Shown one piece after another: positions 1 to 9,270 of a DNA stretch of 64,000 bases. Position 1 is the first letter of the stretch; each line of letters opens with the position of its first letter. Below the pieces are notes generated by a model. The model had not been told where the DNA came from. It searched no databases and was given only the letters and a program-made list of their open reading frames with translations. The stretch lies in contig CAIUTB010000003.1 in the NCBI GenBank assembly GCA_903901975.1, forward strand, positions 31,063 through 95,062. Reading direction: 5' to 3'. A program made the position numbers and the translations under genes. The stretch comes from an uncultured Bacteroidales bacterium. Lineage in GTDB: Bacteria > Bacteroidota > Bacteroidia > Bacteroidales > Paludibacteraceae.

Positions 1-1
1 C

Positions 2-115
2 GGTATTAGTTCACTGCGCACCGGAATCCTGAATGTGGCTGATATGTCGGTTACTTTTGCTGTTATTTATTTGCTTGTTATTCAATTTAAAACAGATAAA
101 AATCCTGAGAATTAA
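2..115 (+). CDS. lspA: lipoprotein signal peptidase II, C-terminal fragment (5' end lies outside the window)
   Basis: Open frame from the window edge to TAA at 113-115. The tail GISSLRTGILNVADMSVTFAVIYLLV resembles the final N(V/I)AD motif and TM helix of LspA. Only 37 codons are visible. Confidence 0.45.
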   Translation, partial: GISSLRTGILNVADMSVTFAVIYLLVIQFKTDKNPEN

Positions 116-141
116 ACTGTTTTTGAATTTGAAAGTCTCAA

Positions 142-1476
142 TTGGATATGAAACGACAAATTCTCATTTTAACTATTTTATTTATTACAATCCTTTCATT
201 TTCCCAATTTAAGGGCGCATCGGGCGTTTATTATTTGGGAAGTGCTGATATTGCTATTCCTGTCTCAAAATATTCAAATCCATCCATCTCCGGTTTAGTT
301 TGTCGATTTAAATGGGAATCGTGCGAACCAACACCTGGAACATTCAACTGGTCGTACATTGACGGTGAAATTCAAAAAGCCAAAACTGCCCGAAAAAAAA
401 TTTCATTGCAAGCCCTGGCTATTCCGGCATGGATGAAAGACATTCCTAATGTTCAACATTACTATTCTATCGACAATAATCAATACCACAGTACTTTTGG
501 TAAAATAATCATGGATGTAATTCCGTGGAATTCAGCCTATCTGGATCGCGTAAAATTGCTGCTGCAACAACTTTCGGTTAAATACTCAAACGACACAACT
601 GTAGCATATATTAATGCTATTGGTGGACAGATTTCGCGTGGATTACCAGATACAGTTTTGATTGACACGATATTAAAAACAAAAGTAGCATTTTGGAAAG
701 CATTTCCGTATAATGCCGACAATGTTGCAAACGCTATGTTGCCGGTTATTGATTATTATATGAACCTTTTCCCTAAAACAGCACTTTGGTGCTCAGTCGA
801 TTATGTGAGTTTCGAACCCAAAGCATCCGGCAAAACTCCAAATTATCTGGCTTCGCTTTACTGCAATTATGGTATAACAAATTACCCCGACCGTTTTGGT
901 CTTTGGCGTGAAGATATTGCCGGCTGTACCATTTATCCGGCATTGTCGGGCAGTCAGTGGAGAATCATGCAAAATTACCCTGAACGCACGGGCGGTCAAA
1001 TGCTGTGGTCGGTGCAGGATGGACCCACAAGAATGAATAAGTGCGGAATTACTCCAAATACAAAACAGGAAGTGTTGGATTCGGCTGTAAACAAGGGATT
1101 GACTTACGGAATGCGATATGTCGAAATCTATGGTGCCGATATTGATGACAGCTCATTAAGTTCGAGTATTCAAGTTGCTAATAATAAGCTTATTGAGCAT
1201 GGAGAACAACTAAATTCAACCGGAATTGAGAGTGTAAAAACCTCAAGTATTAACATATTTCCAAATCCTGCCAAAGATTATTTTACAGTTGATTTTCCTG
1301 CTCATATAACTGATATTAAGCTTATTGATGTTTCAGATCGGGTTGTGATTTCACAAAAAGCATCTGACACAAGATTTAATGTAAATAGTTCATTTATTTC
1401 GAGTGGAATGTATTTCTTGCAAATAAATAATGAAAAAAATACGATTTCTTTTTCAAAGATAATTGTTTCAAAATGA
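142..1476 (+). CDS. secreted protein with T9SS C-terminal sorting domain; N-terminal part is glycoside-hydrolase-like (TIM-barrel type motif)
   Basis: 444-aa ORF with an N-terminal signal peptide. The motif FKWESCEPTPGTFNWSYIDGEIQKA is typical of GH42/GH5-like enzymes. The C-terminal roughly 80 aa (INIFPNPAKDYFTVDF...MYFLQINNEK...IIVSK) match the Por/T9SS type A CTD pattern. Confidence 0.7.
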   Translation: MDMKRQILILTILFITILSFSQFKGASGVYYLGSADIAIPVSKYSNPSISGLVCRFKWESCEPTPGTFNWSYIDGEIQKAKTARKKISLQALAIPAWMKDIPNVQHYYSIDNNQYHSTFGKIIMDVIPWNSAYLDRVKLLLQQLSVKYSNDTTVAYINAIGGQISRGLPDTVLIDTILKTKVAFWKAFPYNADNVANAMLPVIDYYMNLFPKTALWCSVDYVSFEPKASGKTPNYLASLYCNYGITNYPDRFGLWREDIAGCTIYPALSGSQWRIMQNYPERTGGQMLWSVQDGPTRMNKCGITPNTKQEVLDSAVNKGLTYGMRYVEIYGADIDDSSLSSSIQVANNKLIEHGEQLNSTGIESVKTSSINIFPNPAKDYFTVDFPAHITDIKLIDVSDRVVISQKASDTRFNVNSSFISSGMYFLQINNEKNTISFSKIIVSK

Positions 1477-1660
1477 AACGAGCAGGAATGCAGGCATTCA
1501 CCCGCTCAGCTTTGCCGCTTGGCTTGCCAAGAATTCAGATGAAAATTGAATGCGAGTTCCATGTAACCATTAATAAAAAATTATTTACACATGAAATAGT
1601 TGTTTACTTTCCGAACAAAAATGCCTTGAAATCAGTTAGTTTAATAAACAAAAACTAAAA

Positions 1661-2095
1661 ATGGATTTACAAATAAACGAGTATAAATTCGGCGAAAGAC
1701 CCACAGTAACCCGACCGAATATGGAATTTCTACAATTTTTAGGAGAGGATGGCATTCGCGCGATGGTTAGTCGTCATTACGATTTAATGCGCCAAAGCCC
1801 GATTAAAAAACTTTTTCCGAGTGAAGATGCTGAGTTTGAAAAAGCAAAACTTCGTTCTTCCGATTTTATGATTCAAATACTGGGTGGCCCGGAGCATTAT
1901 AATAGAAATCAGGGACAACCATTGCTTGCTAAACGCCACAGACCATTTACCATCACTTATCCCGGCAGAACCGTCTGGCTTACTTGTTACAAGCAGGCAT
2001 TACTTGAAACTAATGCTCCCGAACACCTTATAGAATCATTTTGGGATTATATTAATGTTTTCTCAATTTGGATGGTCAATATTCCAGACAAATAA
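1661..2095 (+). CDS. globin-like protein (bacterial truncated-haemoglobin / YjbI-like family)
   Basis: 144-aa ORF whose size and motifs (RHYDLM...IKKLFP, FMIQILGGP..Y, RH.PF) fit group II truncated globins. Confidence 0.55.
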   Translation: MDLQINEYKFGERPTVTRPNMEFLQFLGEDGIRAMVSRHYDLMRQSPIKKLFPSEDAEFEKAKLRSSDFMIQILGGPEHYNRNQGQPLLAKRHRPFTITYPGRTVWLTCYKQALLETNAPEHLIESFWDYINVFSIWMVNIPDK

Positions 2096-2112
2096 CCCTT
2101 TAAAATAATATT

Positions 2113-3069
2113 ATGAATCTGCTCGAACAACTCAAAACTTACACCAAAGTGGTGGCCGATACTGGCGATTTTCAATCGATTGATGCTTATAAACCAGCCG
2201 ATGCAACGACCAATCCCTCATTAATTTATGCAGCATCGCAAGATCCGAAATATGCTTCGCTTATTGACGATGCCATTGCGTATGCCAAGGGAATTTCAAC
2301 CGACAAAGCCGTTCAGTTAAGCAAGGCTATGGATAAACTGGCCGTGAATTTCGGACTGGAAATTCTGAAAATCGTTCCGGGTCGGGTTTCTACCGAAGTA
2401 GATGCGCGACTTTCGTTCGACACCGAAGCCAGCATTGCCAAAGCGCGCGAACTCATTGCGCTATATGAAGCCAACGGAATTTCGCGCGAGCGGATTTTGA
2501 TTAAAGTGGCTTCGACCTGGGAGGGAATTAAAGCATCGGAAGCCCTTGAAAAAGAAGGAATTCATGGTAATTTGACCTTGCTTTTTTCCATAGCTCAAGC
2601 AATTCGATGTGCTGAAGCCAATGTAACATTGATTTCTCCATTTGTGGGGAGAATTCTGGATTGGTACAAAAAAGACCGTGGCGTTTCCGAAATTTCTGCC
2701 CCTGAAGATCCGGGTGTATTATCCGTTGGTCAGATTTATAATTACTACAAGAAATTTGGCTACAACACTATTGTAATGGGAGCGAGCTTCCGCAATATTG
2801 GCGAAATTATTGAGCTGGCTGGTTGCGATGCACTGACCATTGCGCCGTCCTTACTCAAAGAACTTGAAAGTACCGAAGGAATTCTGGAAAAGAAATTAGT
2901 TCATGAAACATCGAAAGGACTTGATATTAAGCGAATTCACATGGACGAAAAAACTTTCCGCTGGATGATGAACGAAGATGCCATGGCAACTGAAAAACTC
3001 GCCGAAGGAATCCGGAATTTTACCAAGGATTTAATTAAGCTCGAAACTAAAATTTCGCAACTTCTCTGA
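2113..3069 (+). CDS. tal: transaldolase
   Basis: 318 aa. N-terminus [27 protein letters not shown] and the active-site region [11 protein letters not shown] are hallmark transaldolase B motifs. Confidence 0.95.
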   Translation: MNLLEQLKTYTKVVADTGDFQSIDAYKPADATTNPSLIYAASQDPKYASLIDDAIAYAKGISTDKAVQLSKAMDKLAVNFGLEILKIVPGRVSTEVDARLSFDTEASIAKARELIALYEANGISRERILIKVASTWEGIKASEALEKEGIHGNLTLLFSIAQAIRCAEANVTLISPFVGRILDWYKKDRGVSEISAPEDPGVLSVGQIYNYYKKFGYNTIVMGASFRNIGEIIELAGCDALTIAPSLLKELESTEGILEKKLVHETSKGLDIKRIHMDEKTFRWMMNEDAMATEKLAEGIRNFTKDLIKLETKISQLL

Positions 3070-3160
3070 AATATTTCCTCCTTTTGATATGTTTCTGATA
3101 TTCGTAGTACAACTTTAAGTTGTGCTAAGAATACATCAGAGCCAGAAATCAAGAACCAAG

Positions 3161-3197
3161 AAAAAAACCAAGACGTTCAATATCGTCTTGGTTTTTT
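3161..3197. terminator. bidirectional intrinsic terminator between convergent tal and SPFH genes
   Basis: AAAAAAACCAAGACG-ttcaatat-CGTCTTGGTTTTTT is a perfect stem flanked by an A-run and a T-run. It is nested inside an outer inverted repeat (3139-3160 / 3212-3226). Confidence 0.75.
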
Positions 3198-3232
3198 CTA
3201 ATTTCTAATATCTTGGTTCTTGGCTCTAAAAT

Positions 3233-4006
3233 CTACTTTTCTTTCTTTTCTACCAACTCAGTAAAACTCTTTGCTGCTTTGGTAAATTCCGAAGGAAGCA
3301 ATACAATGGTCGTAGTGTTATTGTCGATACCGATTTCGGAAAGCATTTGCATACGGCGTAATTCAAGTGCAATCGGGCTACCTTCCATTACAGTTGCGCC
3401 CTGAGTAAGTTTGATAGATGCCTCCAGTTCGGCTTCGGCTTTTACAATACGGGCACGTTTTTCACGAATAGCTTCCGCCTCACGAGCCATAGCGCGTTGC
3501 ATGGCTTCGGGAATTTCCACATCTTTCATTTCCACCATTTCAATTTTAATTCCCCAGGGTTCGGTAACCGAATCCACGTTTTTCTGTAGTGTGGCATTGA
3601 TTTGTTCGCGTTCACGCAGTACTTCATCAAGCGAATGTTGTCCGATAATATTACGTAAGGCCGTTACCGAGAATTGATAAACCGCTTTGTAATAATCGGC
3701 CACCTGAATAATGGCACTTTCGGGATTGGTGATTCTGAACCAAAGCACGGCGTTCACTTTAATGGTTACACTGTCCTTGGTGATGGTTTCCTGTTGTTCC
3801 AAATCAACGGTTTTGGTACGAATATCGACCCGTTGTTGGGCATCAATGAGTGGAATAATCCAGTATAAGCCGGGACCTTTGATTGATTGAAATCGTCCGA
3901 GACGAAAAATAATGGAGCGTTGATACTCCTGAGCAATTCTAAATCCTGAAAGAAGGATGAAAATAACGACACCGATAATAATTTCGGGAATTGGGAGAAT
4001 TTCCAT
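3233..4006 (-). CDS. SPFH/band-7 (stomatin-like, slipin) membrane protein
   Basis: 257 aa with an N-terminal TM helix followed by EYQR.IIFRLGR...GPGL..IIP.ID and a coiled Ala/Glu-rich region typical of stomatin/prohibitin homologues. Confidence 0.9.
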   Translation of the reverse strand: MEILPIPEIIIGVVIFILLSGFRIAQEYQRSIIFRLGRFQSIKGPGLYWIIPLIDAQQRVDIRTKTVDLEQQETITKDSVTIKVNAVLWFRITNPESAIIQVADYYKAVYQFSVTALRNIIGQHSLDEVLREREQINATLQKNVDSVTEPWGIKIEMVEMKDVEIPEAMQRAMAREAEAIREKRARIVKAEAELEASIKLTQGATVMEGSPIALELRRMQMLSEIGIDNNTTTIVLLPSEFTKAAKSFTELVEKKEK

Positions 4007-4052
4007 TTTTGTAGATTTTAAAGGGTTATGAAATTGGGGTTCAAATACGCTT

Positions 4053-4060
4053 CAAATTTA
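4053..4060 (-). promoter_or_regulatory. candidate Bacteroidota sigma-A -7 box (TAAATTTG on minus strand) for the SPFH gene
   Basis: The plus strand reads CAAATTTA, which is TAnnTTTG on the minus strand, about 47 nt upstream of the ATG at 4006. Confidence 0.35.
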
Positions 4061-4153
4061 CATAAATAAATTATTAATAGTGTTGTTTTATACAAAAAAA
4101 AACGATAATAATTCAGTCTTGAACTTCAATCGTTTTTTAATAATTCATGAAAT

Positions 4154-5053
4154 TTATTTTGACCCCAGATACAACAGGAACATTCCAATCAAAACGCCAA
4201 TCATATCGATTAATTTAAGTTTGATATTTTTGTCCTTCATTACAAAAGCGCCGTACAGAAAAGGAACTACCACACCTGAGCGACGAATGGTTGACACGAC
4301 TGATATCATTGATTCAGGTAACGTCAGTGCGTAGAAATATACAAAATCGGCTGTAACCAAAAAAAACGAAATCCAGAAAATAGCCCACTTGAAGCTAAAG
4401 GGAGTGGTTTTCTTGCGGGATGGTGCCCATAAAAACAGGGTGATGAAACCCATGATGATAGCCTGATAAAAAGTATAGTACACCTGAACGGACATTGCGT
4501 CGTATCGCTTCATCAGGTATTTGTCATATAAACCACTAACTGCCCCTGTTAATGTTGCTAAAACAATGAACCAGAACCATTTATTCGTTTTGAATGAAAT
4601 TCCTTCTTTTTTTCCGGCAACCGAAAACAGATAGAACGAAAGCAAGGTGATTCCAACACCTGCAGCCTGAAATCCGTTCAGTTTTTCACCAAAAATAAGC
4701 ATGGCACCCATCACAGTCCAAACCGGCTGAGTAGCTTTGATAGGAGAAGCAAGCGAAAGTGGTAAATGTTTCAATGCAAAATAGGCAAATAGCCAGGAAG
4801 TCAGCACAATAGTAGCTTTCAGCACAAACAATATGTGTGCATGAAAATCAACCCGTGGCACAAAGAATATCGAACTTATAATCGTTTCGGGGAAAAATTC
4901 AGATAGAAAAAGAAATGGTGTAAGCGTTAGGCATGAAAACAATATCGAGACAAAGATAACCGGAATAACCGCATTTTCTTTTAAAGATACCTTTTTAAAA
5001 ACTTCGTACGAACCTAACAGAATAGCAGAAACAAAAGCTAAGAATAACCACAT
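4154..5053 (-). CDS. EamA/DMT-family transporter
   Basis: 299 aa, about 10 predicted TM helices in two EamA-like halves. Confidence 0.8.
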   Translation of the reverse strand: MWLFLAFVSAILLGSYEVFKKVSLKENAVIPVIFVSILFSCLTLTPFLFLSEFFPETIISSIFFVPRVDFHAHILFVLKATIVLTSWLFAYFALKHLPLSLASPIKATQPVWTVMGAMLIFGEKLNGFQAAGVGITLLSFYLFSVAGKKEGISFKTNKWFWFIVLATLTGAVSGLYDKYLMKRYDAMSVQVYYTFYQAIIMGFITLFLWAPSRKKTTPFSFKWAIFWISFFLVTADFVYFYALTLPESMISVVSTIRRSGVVVPFLYGAFVMKDKNIKLKLIDMIGVLIGMFLLYLGSK

Positions 5054-5107
5054 CAGGAATTTACAATTTAAGAATTTACAATTTGGAAAAACGGAATATG
5101 TGGTTTT

Positions 5108-5860
5108 TTACTGGAATAGATTTTCAGGATATTGAATGTCAACTAAATACAAACCCTTTGCCGGAACAGAAACCCCCGCTTTACAACGGTTTTTAGCTTC
5201 GATAACAGCTCTGAATTCGTCGACTGACATTCTATGACGACCCACTTCGAACAATGTACCTACAATTGCCCGCACCATATTTCGCAAAAAACGGTCGGCT
5301 TCGATCGTGAAAACCCACTCATCGCCCTGACATGTCCATTCGGCACGGCTAATGACGCAATTATTCGTTTTTACGTCGGTGTGTAGTTTGCTAAAACTCG
5401 TAAAGTCTCGGTATTCGGATAGAATGGCAGCTGCTAGATTCATCGCTTCAAAATCCAACTTGTCACTCAATCTAGCAGCCAGTTCTGTTTTGAATACATC
5501 TTTTTCGTTAACTATATGATATTCATACCGGCGGGAAACTGCATCAAACCGTGCATGCGTTTCGGGCTGAACTTCAACGATTTTATGAATGGAAATATCG
5601 CATGGTAACACGCTGTTGAGCTTATTCGTCAGATCAAACTCTGCCGGTAATTCTCCTTCAACATCAAAATGCGCAACCATAAGCCGTGCATGAACTCCAG
5701 TGTCGGTTCGGCCGGCTCCGGTAATTTCGGTTTCGATGCGCAAAACAGTGCTCAAAGCCTTCGTCAGTACTTCCTGAACTGAAATTCCGTTGGGCTGAAT
5801 TTGCCAGCCGTGATAAGCGGTTCCCTTGTAGGAGAGGTATATGAAGTATCGTTTTTTCAC
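5108..5860 (-). CDS. truA: tRNA pseudouridine(38-40) synthase
   Basis: 250 aa. Motifs YLSYKGT.YHGWQ.Q and the catalytic [11 protein letters not shown] are present. Confidence 0.95.
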   Translation of the reverse strand: MKKRYFIYLSYKGTAYHGWQIQPNGISVQEVLTKALSTVLRIETEITGAGRTDTGVHARLMVAHFDVEGELPAEFDLTNKLNSVLPCDISIHKIVEVQPETHARFDAVSRRYEYHIVNEKDVFKTELAARLSDKLDFEAMNLAAAILSEYRDFTSFSKLHTDVKTNNCVISRAEWTCQGDEWVFTIEADRFLRNMVRAIVGTLFEVGRHRMSVDEFRAVIEAKNRCKAGVSVPAKGLYLVDIQYPENLFQ

Positions 5861-5969
5861 GTTGCAAAGATAGGGCTTAATTTACAATTTACGATTTACG
5901 ATTTGATATATTTGTGCCGAATTGAGCTTAAAATTCAGAATGTCAACCACTTATTAAGTCTTAAAAAAC

Positions 5970-6004
5970 AACCGACCCCGTCGTTTAAAGCGACGGGGTC
6001 GGTT
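5970..6004 (-). terminator. intrinsic terminator downstream of the acyl-CoA ligase gene
   Basis: AACCGACCCCGTCG-tttaaag-CGACGGGGTCGGTT is followed on the minus strand by GTTTTTT. It lies 13 nt after the stop at 6017. Confidence 0.8.
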
Positions 6005-6016
6005 AATGTATTTTTA

Positions 6017-7795
6017 TTATGCAAACAATTTCTCAATTTGTTCAGCGTAGAATTCCTCTATTACGTTTCGTTTGATTTTAAGGGTAGGAGAGAGGAAGCC
6101 ATTTTGTTGCGTCCATTCTTCAGCGACAAGCTGGTATTTTTTTACTTTCTCTGTGTCACCGAAATGCTGGTTTTGATGTTTCACTTCGTCGTGTAATCGT
6201 TTCACAACCAGTGGATTTTCAATAATTTCTTCGTTTGTAGTGCATTTAAGTTTGTGCTGCTTGCACCACGATTTAAGGTACACAAAATCAGGTGAAATTA
6301 ATGCGGCGGCAAATTTTTTGTTTTCGCCCACTACAATCATATTTTCGATAAATGGTGACTCAGTGAATCTGGATTCAATTAGTTGAGGATTAACGTATTT
6401 ACCAAATGAAGTCTTGAAAATACTTTTCAACCGACCGGTAATAATCAACTGACCTTCTTTGGTGAACTTGCCTGTATCACCGGTGTGTAACCAACCTTCC
6501 ACATCAATCACTTCTGCAGTAAGTTCAGGATCTTTGTAATAACCCAGCATTACATTATGACCGCGACAACAAATTTCATCACGCTCGCCCAGTTTTACTT
6601 CAACGCCTGGCAATGCTAATCCAACAGTGCCGAATTTTCGACCATTTTTTCCTCGTTGACTTACAGCTATAACCGGAGAAGTTTCACTCAGACCGTAACC
6701 TTCAAAAACCGGCATTCCAATAGCAGAAAAGAATGATGCGATATGCGGTTGAATGGCCGATCCACCCGAAACAACAATATCGAAATTACCACCAATTGCA
6801 GCTCTCCATTTGGAATAAATAAGTTTGTCGGCGAGCTTGAATTTCAGGTTATAATACCAGCCCCGGCCTTCCAACTGATAGTGTGTGGCTAAATTAAACG
6901 CCCAGTAATAAATCATTTTACTGACCAATGGTAGTTTTTTTCCCGACAAGTAAAGTTTATCGTAAATTTTTTCGAGCAAACGTGGAACGCACGACATCAT
7001 AGTCGGGTTGATTTCCTTGATATTGTCGGCAATGGTAGCTAAACTTTCGGCATAATACACCGACATACCGAGGTACTGGTACAGATATACCAGCATACGT
7101 TCATACGCATGGCAAAGCGGCAGAAAACTCAGTGCTGTTTTGCTCCATTTGGCTGGTGTTGCTTCCAGATTTTTAAGTTGATTGACTATATTGCTATGCG
7201 AAAGCATCACACCTTTTGGGAAACCAGTAGTGCCGGAAGTGTAAATGATCGTTGCCAGTGTTTCGGGTTTGATGGCAGCTTTCAGTTTAGTAAGCTTTTC
7301 AAGTTGCAGATTCGCTTTTCCGCTCTCAATCAGTTGGTCGAGGTATTGATAATCATTTTCCTGATTGACAAAGGTGAATATCTGCTTTAGCGTCTTGGTT
7401 TCTTCAAAAATTGGTTTCAGCTTGTTACCAAGTTCTTTGCCTTCGATGAAAATCATTTTCATTTCAGCATGATTCAGAATGTGGCGGTAATCGGCCTGAC
7501 TAATAGTAGGATAGATTGGAATAGAAATGGCTCCGATTTGCATAATGGCAAAGTCAATCATGTTCCACTCGGGGCGGTTGCTGCTAACGATTCCAATTTT
7601 ATCACCCGGTTTGATGCCAAGTTTCAGCATTCCGTAACTGATAAAATTAGTTTGTTCGCTGTATTCCTGAATGCTGAATTTCTTCCATTCACCCTCTCGT
7701 TTACAAGCCAGAGCGGCTTCCTGATTCGGATAACTTTCGAGGTAATTATCCAGAATGTCAAACAATCGTGTTACTTCCATAATACCAATTTTCAA
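6017..7795 (-). CDS. long-chain fatty-acid--CoA ligase (AMP-forming)
   Basis: 592 aa. It has the AMP-binding signature IIYTSGTTGFPKGVMLSH, plus GYGLSETS and TGD..K motifs. Confidence 0.9.
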   Translation of the reverse strand: MKIGIMEVTRLFDILDNYLESYPNQEAALACKREGEWKKFSIQEYSEQTNFISYGMLKLGIKPGDKIGIVSSNRPEWNMIDFAIMQIGAISIPIYPTISQADYRHILNHAEMKMIFIEGKELGNKLKPIFEETKTLKQIFTFVNQENDYQYLDQLIESGKANLQLEKLTKLKAAIKPETLATIIYTSGTTGFPKGVMLSHSNIVNQLKNLEATPAKWSKTALSFLPLCHAYERMLVYLYQYLGMSVYYAESLATIADNIKEINPTMMSCVPRLLEKIYDKLYLSGKKLPLVSKMIYYWAFNLATHYQLEGRGWYYNLKFKLADKLIYSKWRAAIGGNFDIVVSGGSAIQPHIASFFSAIGMPVFEGYGLSETSPVIAVSQRGKNGRKFGTVGLALPGVEVKLGERDEICCRGHNVMLGYYKDPELTAEVIDVEGWLHTGDTGKFTKEGQLIITGRLKSIFKTSFGKYVNPQLIESRFTESPFIENMIVVGENKKFAAALISPDFVYLKSWCKQHKLKCTTNEEIIENPLVVKRLHDEVKHQNQHFGDTEKVKKYQLVAEEWTQQNGFLSPTLKIKRNVIEEFYAEQIEKLFA

Positions 7796-7855
7796 TTATT
7801 CAATTCCCAATTTTCAAATCCTTATGAACATGTCAAGCAATTAACCAATCACCAG

Positions 7856-8725
7856 TTACTGAAAAACAATTGTTCGGTTTTTGTAAGCCAGAATTTTGCG
7901 TTCGATATGTTTTTCAACAGCATGCGAGAGAACAATTTTTTCCAGATCACGACCTTTTTTAATTAGCTCTTCTACTGTGTCTTTGTGCGAAATATGCGTA
8001 ACATCCTGATCGATAATCGGTCCGGCATCCAGGTCGGTGGTAACGTAATGACTCGTTGCACCGATTACCTTCACACCACGTTCGTGGGCTGCATGGTAGG
8101 GTTTTGCACCGGCAAAAGCAGGAAGGAACGAGTGGTGAATATTGATAATGCGGTCGGGATATTGTTCAATGAAATCAGAAGAAAGCACCTGCATATAACG
8201 GGCTAATACACAGAAAGTAACGCCGTTTTCTTTCAGCAAAGCAAGTTGTTTGGCTTCCTGTTCGGCTTTGTTTTCTTTGTTTATAGGGAATACGTGATAA
8301 GGAATATCAAATCGTTTGGCAACACTTTCCATATCGGGATGATTGCTGATAATCAGTGGAATTTCCACGTGCCACTCACCGGCTGCATAGCGTGCCAGTA
8401 AATCATACAAACAATGTGACATTTTGGAAACAAAAATAGCCATTCGTGGTTTCGTGTCCGAAAAATACAATCTGAAAACCATATTGAAACGCCCTGCAAT
8501 AAGGGTTTCGAAATACTCCCCAATTTTTTCTTTTGGAATCTGAAATGTATCAAGTTCCCATTTAACGCGCATGAAAAACACCTTTTCTTCGCGGTTTACG
8601 TATTGATCGAGATATAGAATATTTCCCTTATGCTGATTAATAAATTCTGTAACCACAGCCAGAATACCAGGACGGTCGGGGCAGTGAATCAAAAGTACTG
8701 CCGTATTATCATTTCCTTTCATCAA
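7856..8725 (-). CDS. purU: formyltetrahydrofolate deformylase
   Basis: 289 aa. An N-terminal ACT domain is followed by a formyltransferase core with INIHHSFLPAF.GAKPY..A. Confidence 0.95.
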   Translation of the reverse strand: MMKGNDNTAVLLIHCPDRPGILAVVTEFINQHKGNILYLDQYVNREEKVFFMRVKWELDTFQIPKEKIGEYFETLIAGRFNMVFRLYFSDTKPRMAIFVSKMSHCLYDLLARYAAGEWHVEIPLIISNHPDMESVAKRFDIPYHVFPINKENKAEQEAKQLALLKENGVTFCVLARYMQVLSSDFIEQYPDRIINIHHSFLPAFAGAKPYHAAHERGVKVIGATSHYVTTDLDAGPIIDQDVTHISHKDTVEELIKKGRDLEKIVLSHAVEKHIERKILAYKNRTIVFQ

Positions 8726-8753
8726 ATTTCAATTTAATACTAATTTCAACTTG

Positions 8754-8761
8754 CAAACTTA
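8754..8761 (-). promoter_or_regulatory. candidate -7 box (TAAGTTTG on minus strand) for purU
   Basis: The plus strand reads CAAACTTA, about 29 nt upstream of the purU ATG at 8725. Confidence 0.35.
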
Positions 8762-9202
8762 CATAAAAATCGTTGATTTTAAGCAGTTCAGATAAAAATC
8801 AAGACTACATTTTCTAAAAGTACAGCAAAATTTTTTCCGAAGCTATTAATAAACCTAAAGTTAGAATGAATTTATAGAGGAAAGGATAATAAATATACTA
8901 TTTGTATGTCTTATTTGGTACTTTCATACTACGGTTGTTTTTAGAAGGTTCATTTTTTATGATAAATTGTTTATGTTTAATTTTAAATGTCTGATTAATA
9001 GTTTATTAAATTGATAGTGGTCATTCATGCTTTTTTTTCAATTTTAGGAACGATATTTGTTTATCACTGACTTTTTGTTTGAAAAAGTTTTTTTAAGCAC
9101 AAAAGCATCAAAAAACAGCAGAACATCTTGGACATATATACTTTATTCAGCCAATGAAATGTAAATTTGGAGTACTTTTATGGAAATATGAAAAGAAAAT
9201 TC

Positions 9203-9210
9203 TAATTTTG
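9203..9210 (+). promoter_or_regulatory. candidate -7 box TAATTTTG upstream of the GT4 gene
   Basis: Matches TAnnTTTG and lies 61 nt upstream of the ATG at 9271. Confidence 0.35.
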
Positions 9211-9270
9211 CACTCCCATAGTTCAGTTAAAATAAAGTTTTCAGCAACTCTTTAAGCAAACCAAAAGTAC

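Noticed and set aside
1473-1658. 61-aa ORF between the T9SS substrate gene and the globin-like gene
   Set aside because: It has no motif, an atypical composition, and it overlaps the stop of the upstream gene. It is treated as non-coding spacer.
5801-6196. 131-aa plus-strand ORF
   Set aside because: It runs antisense to truA and the acyl-CoA ligase gene and straight through an intrinsic terminator. It is a shadow ORF.
8726-9270. 545-bp AT-rich gap between purU and the GT4 gene, containing a 33-aa ORF (9154-9255) and several mini-ORFs
   Set aside because: It has no conserved-looking structure, repeats or coding signal that I can support. It is most simply a divergent promoter region. It is worth a transcriptome check but not a reportable feature.
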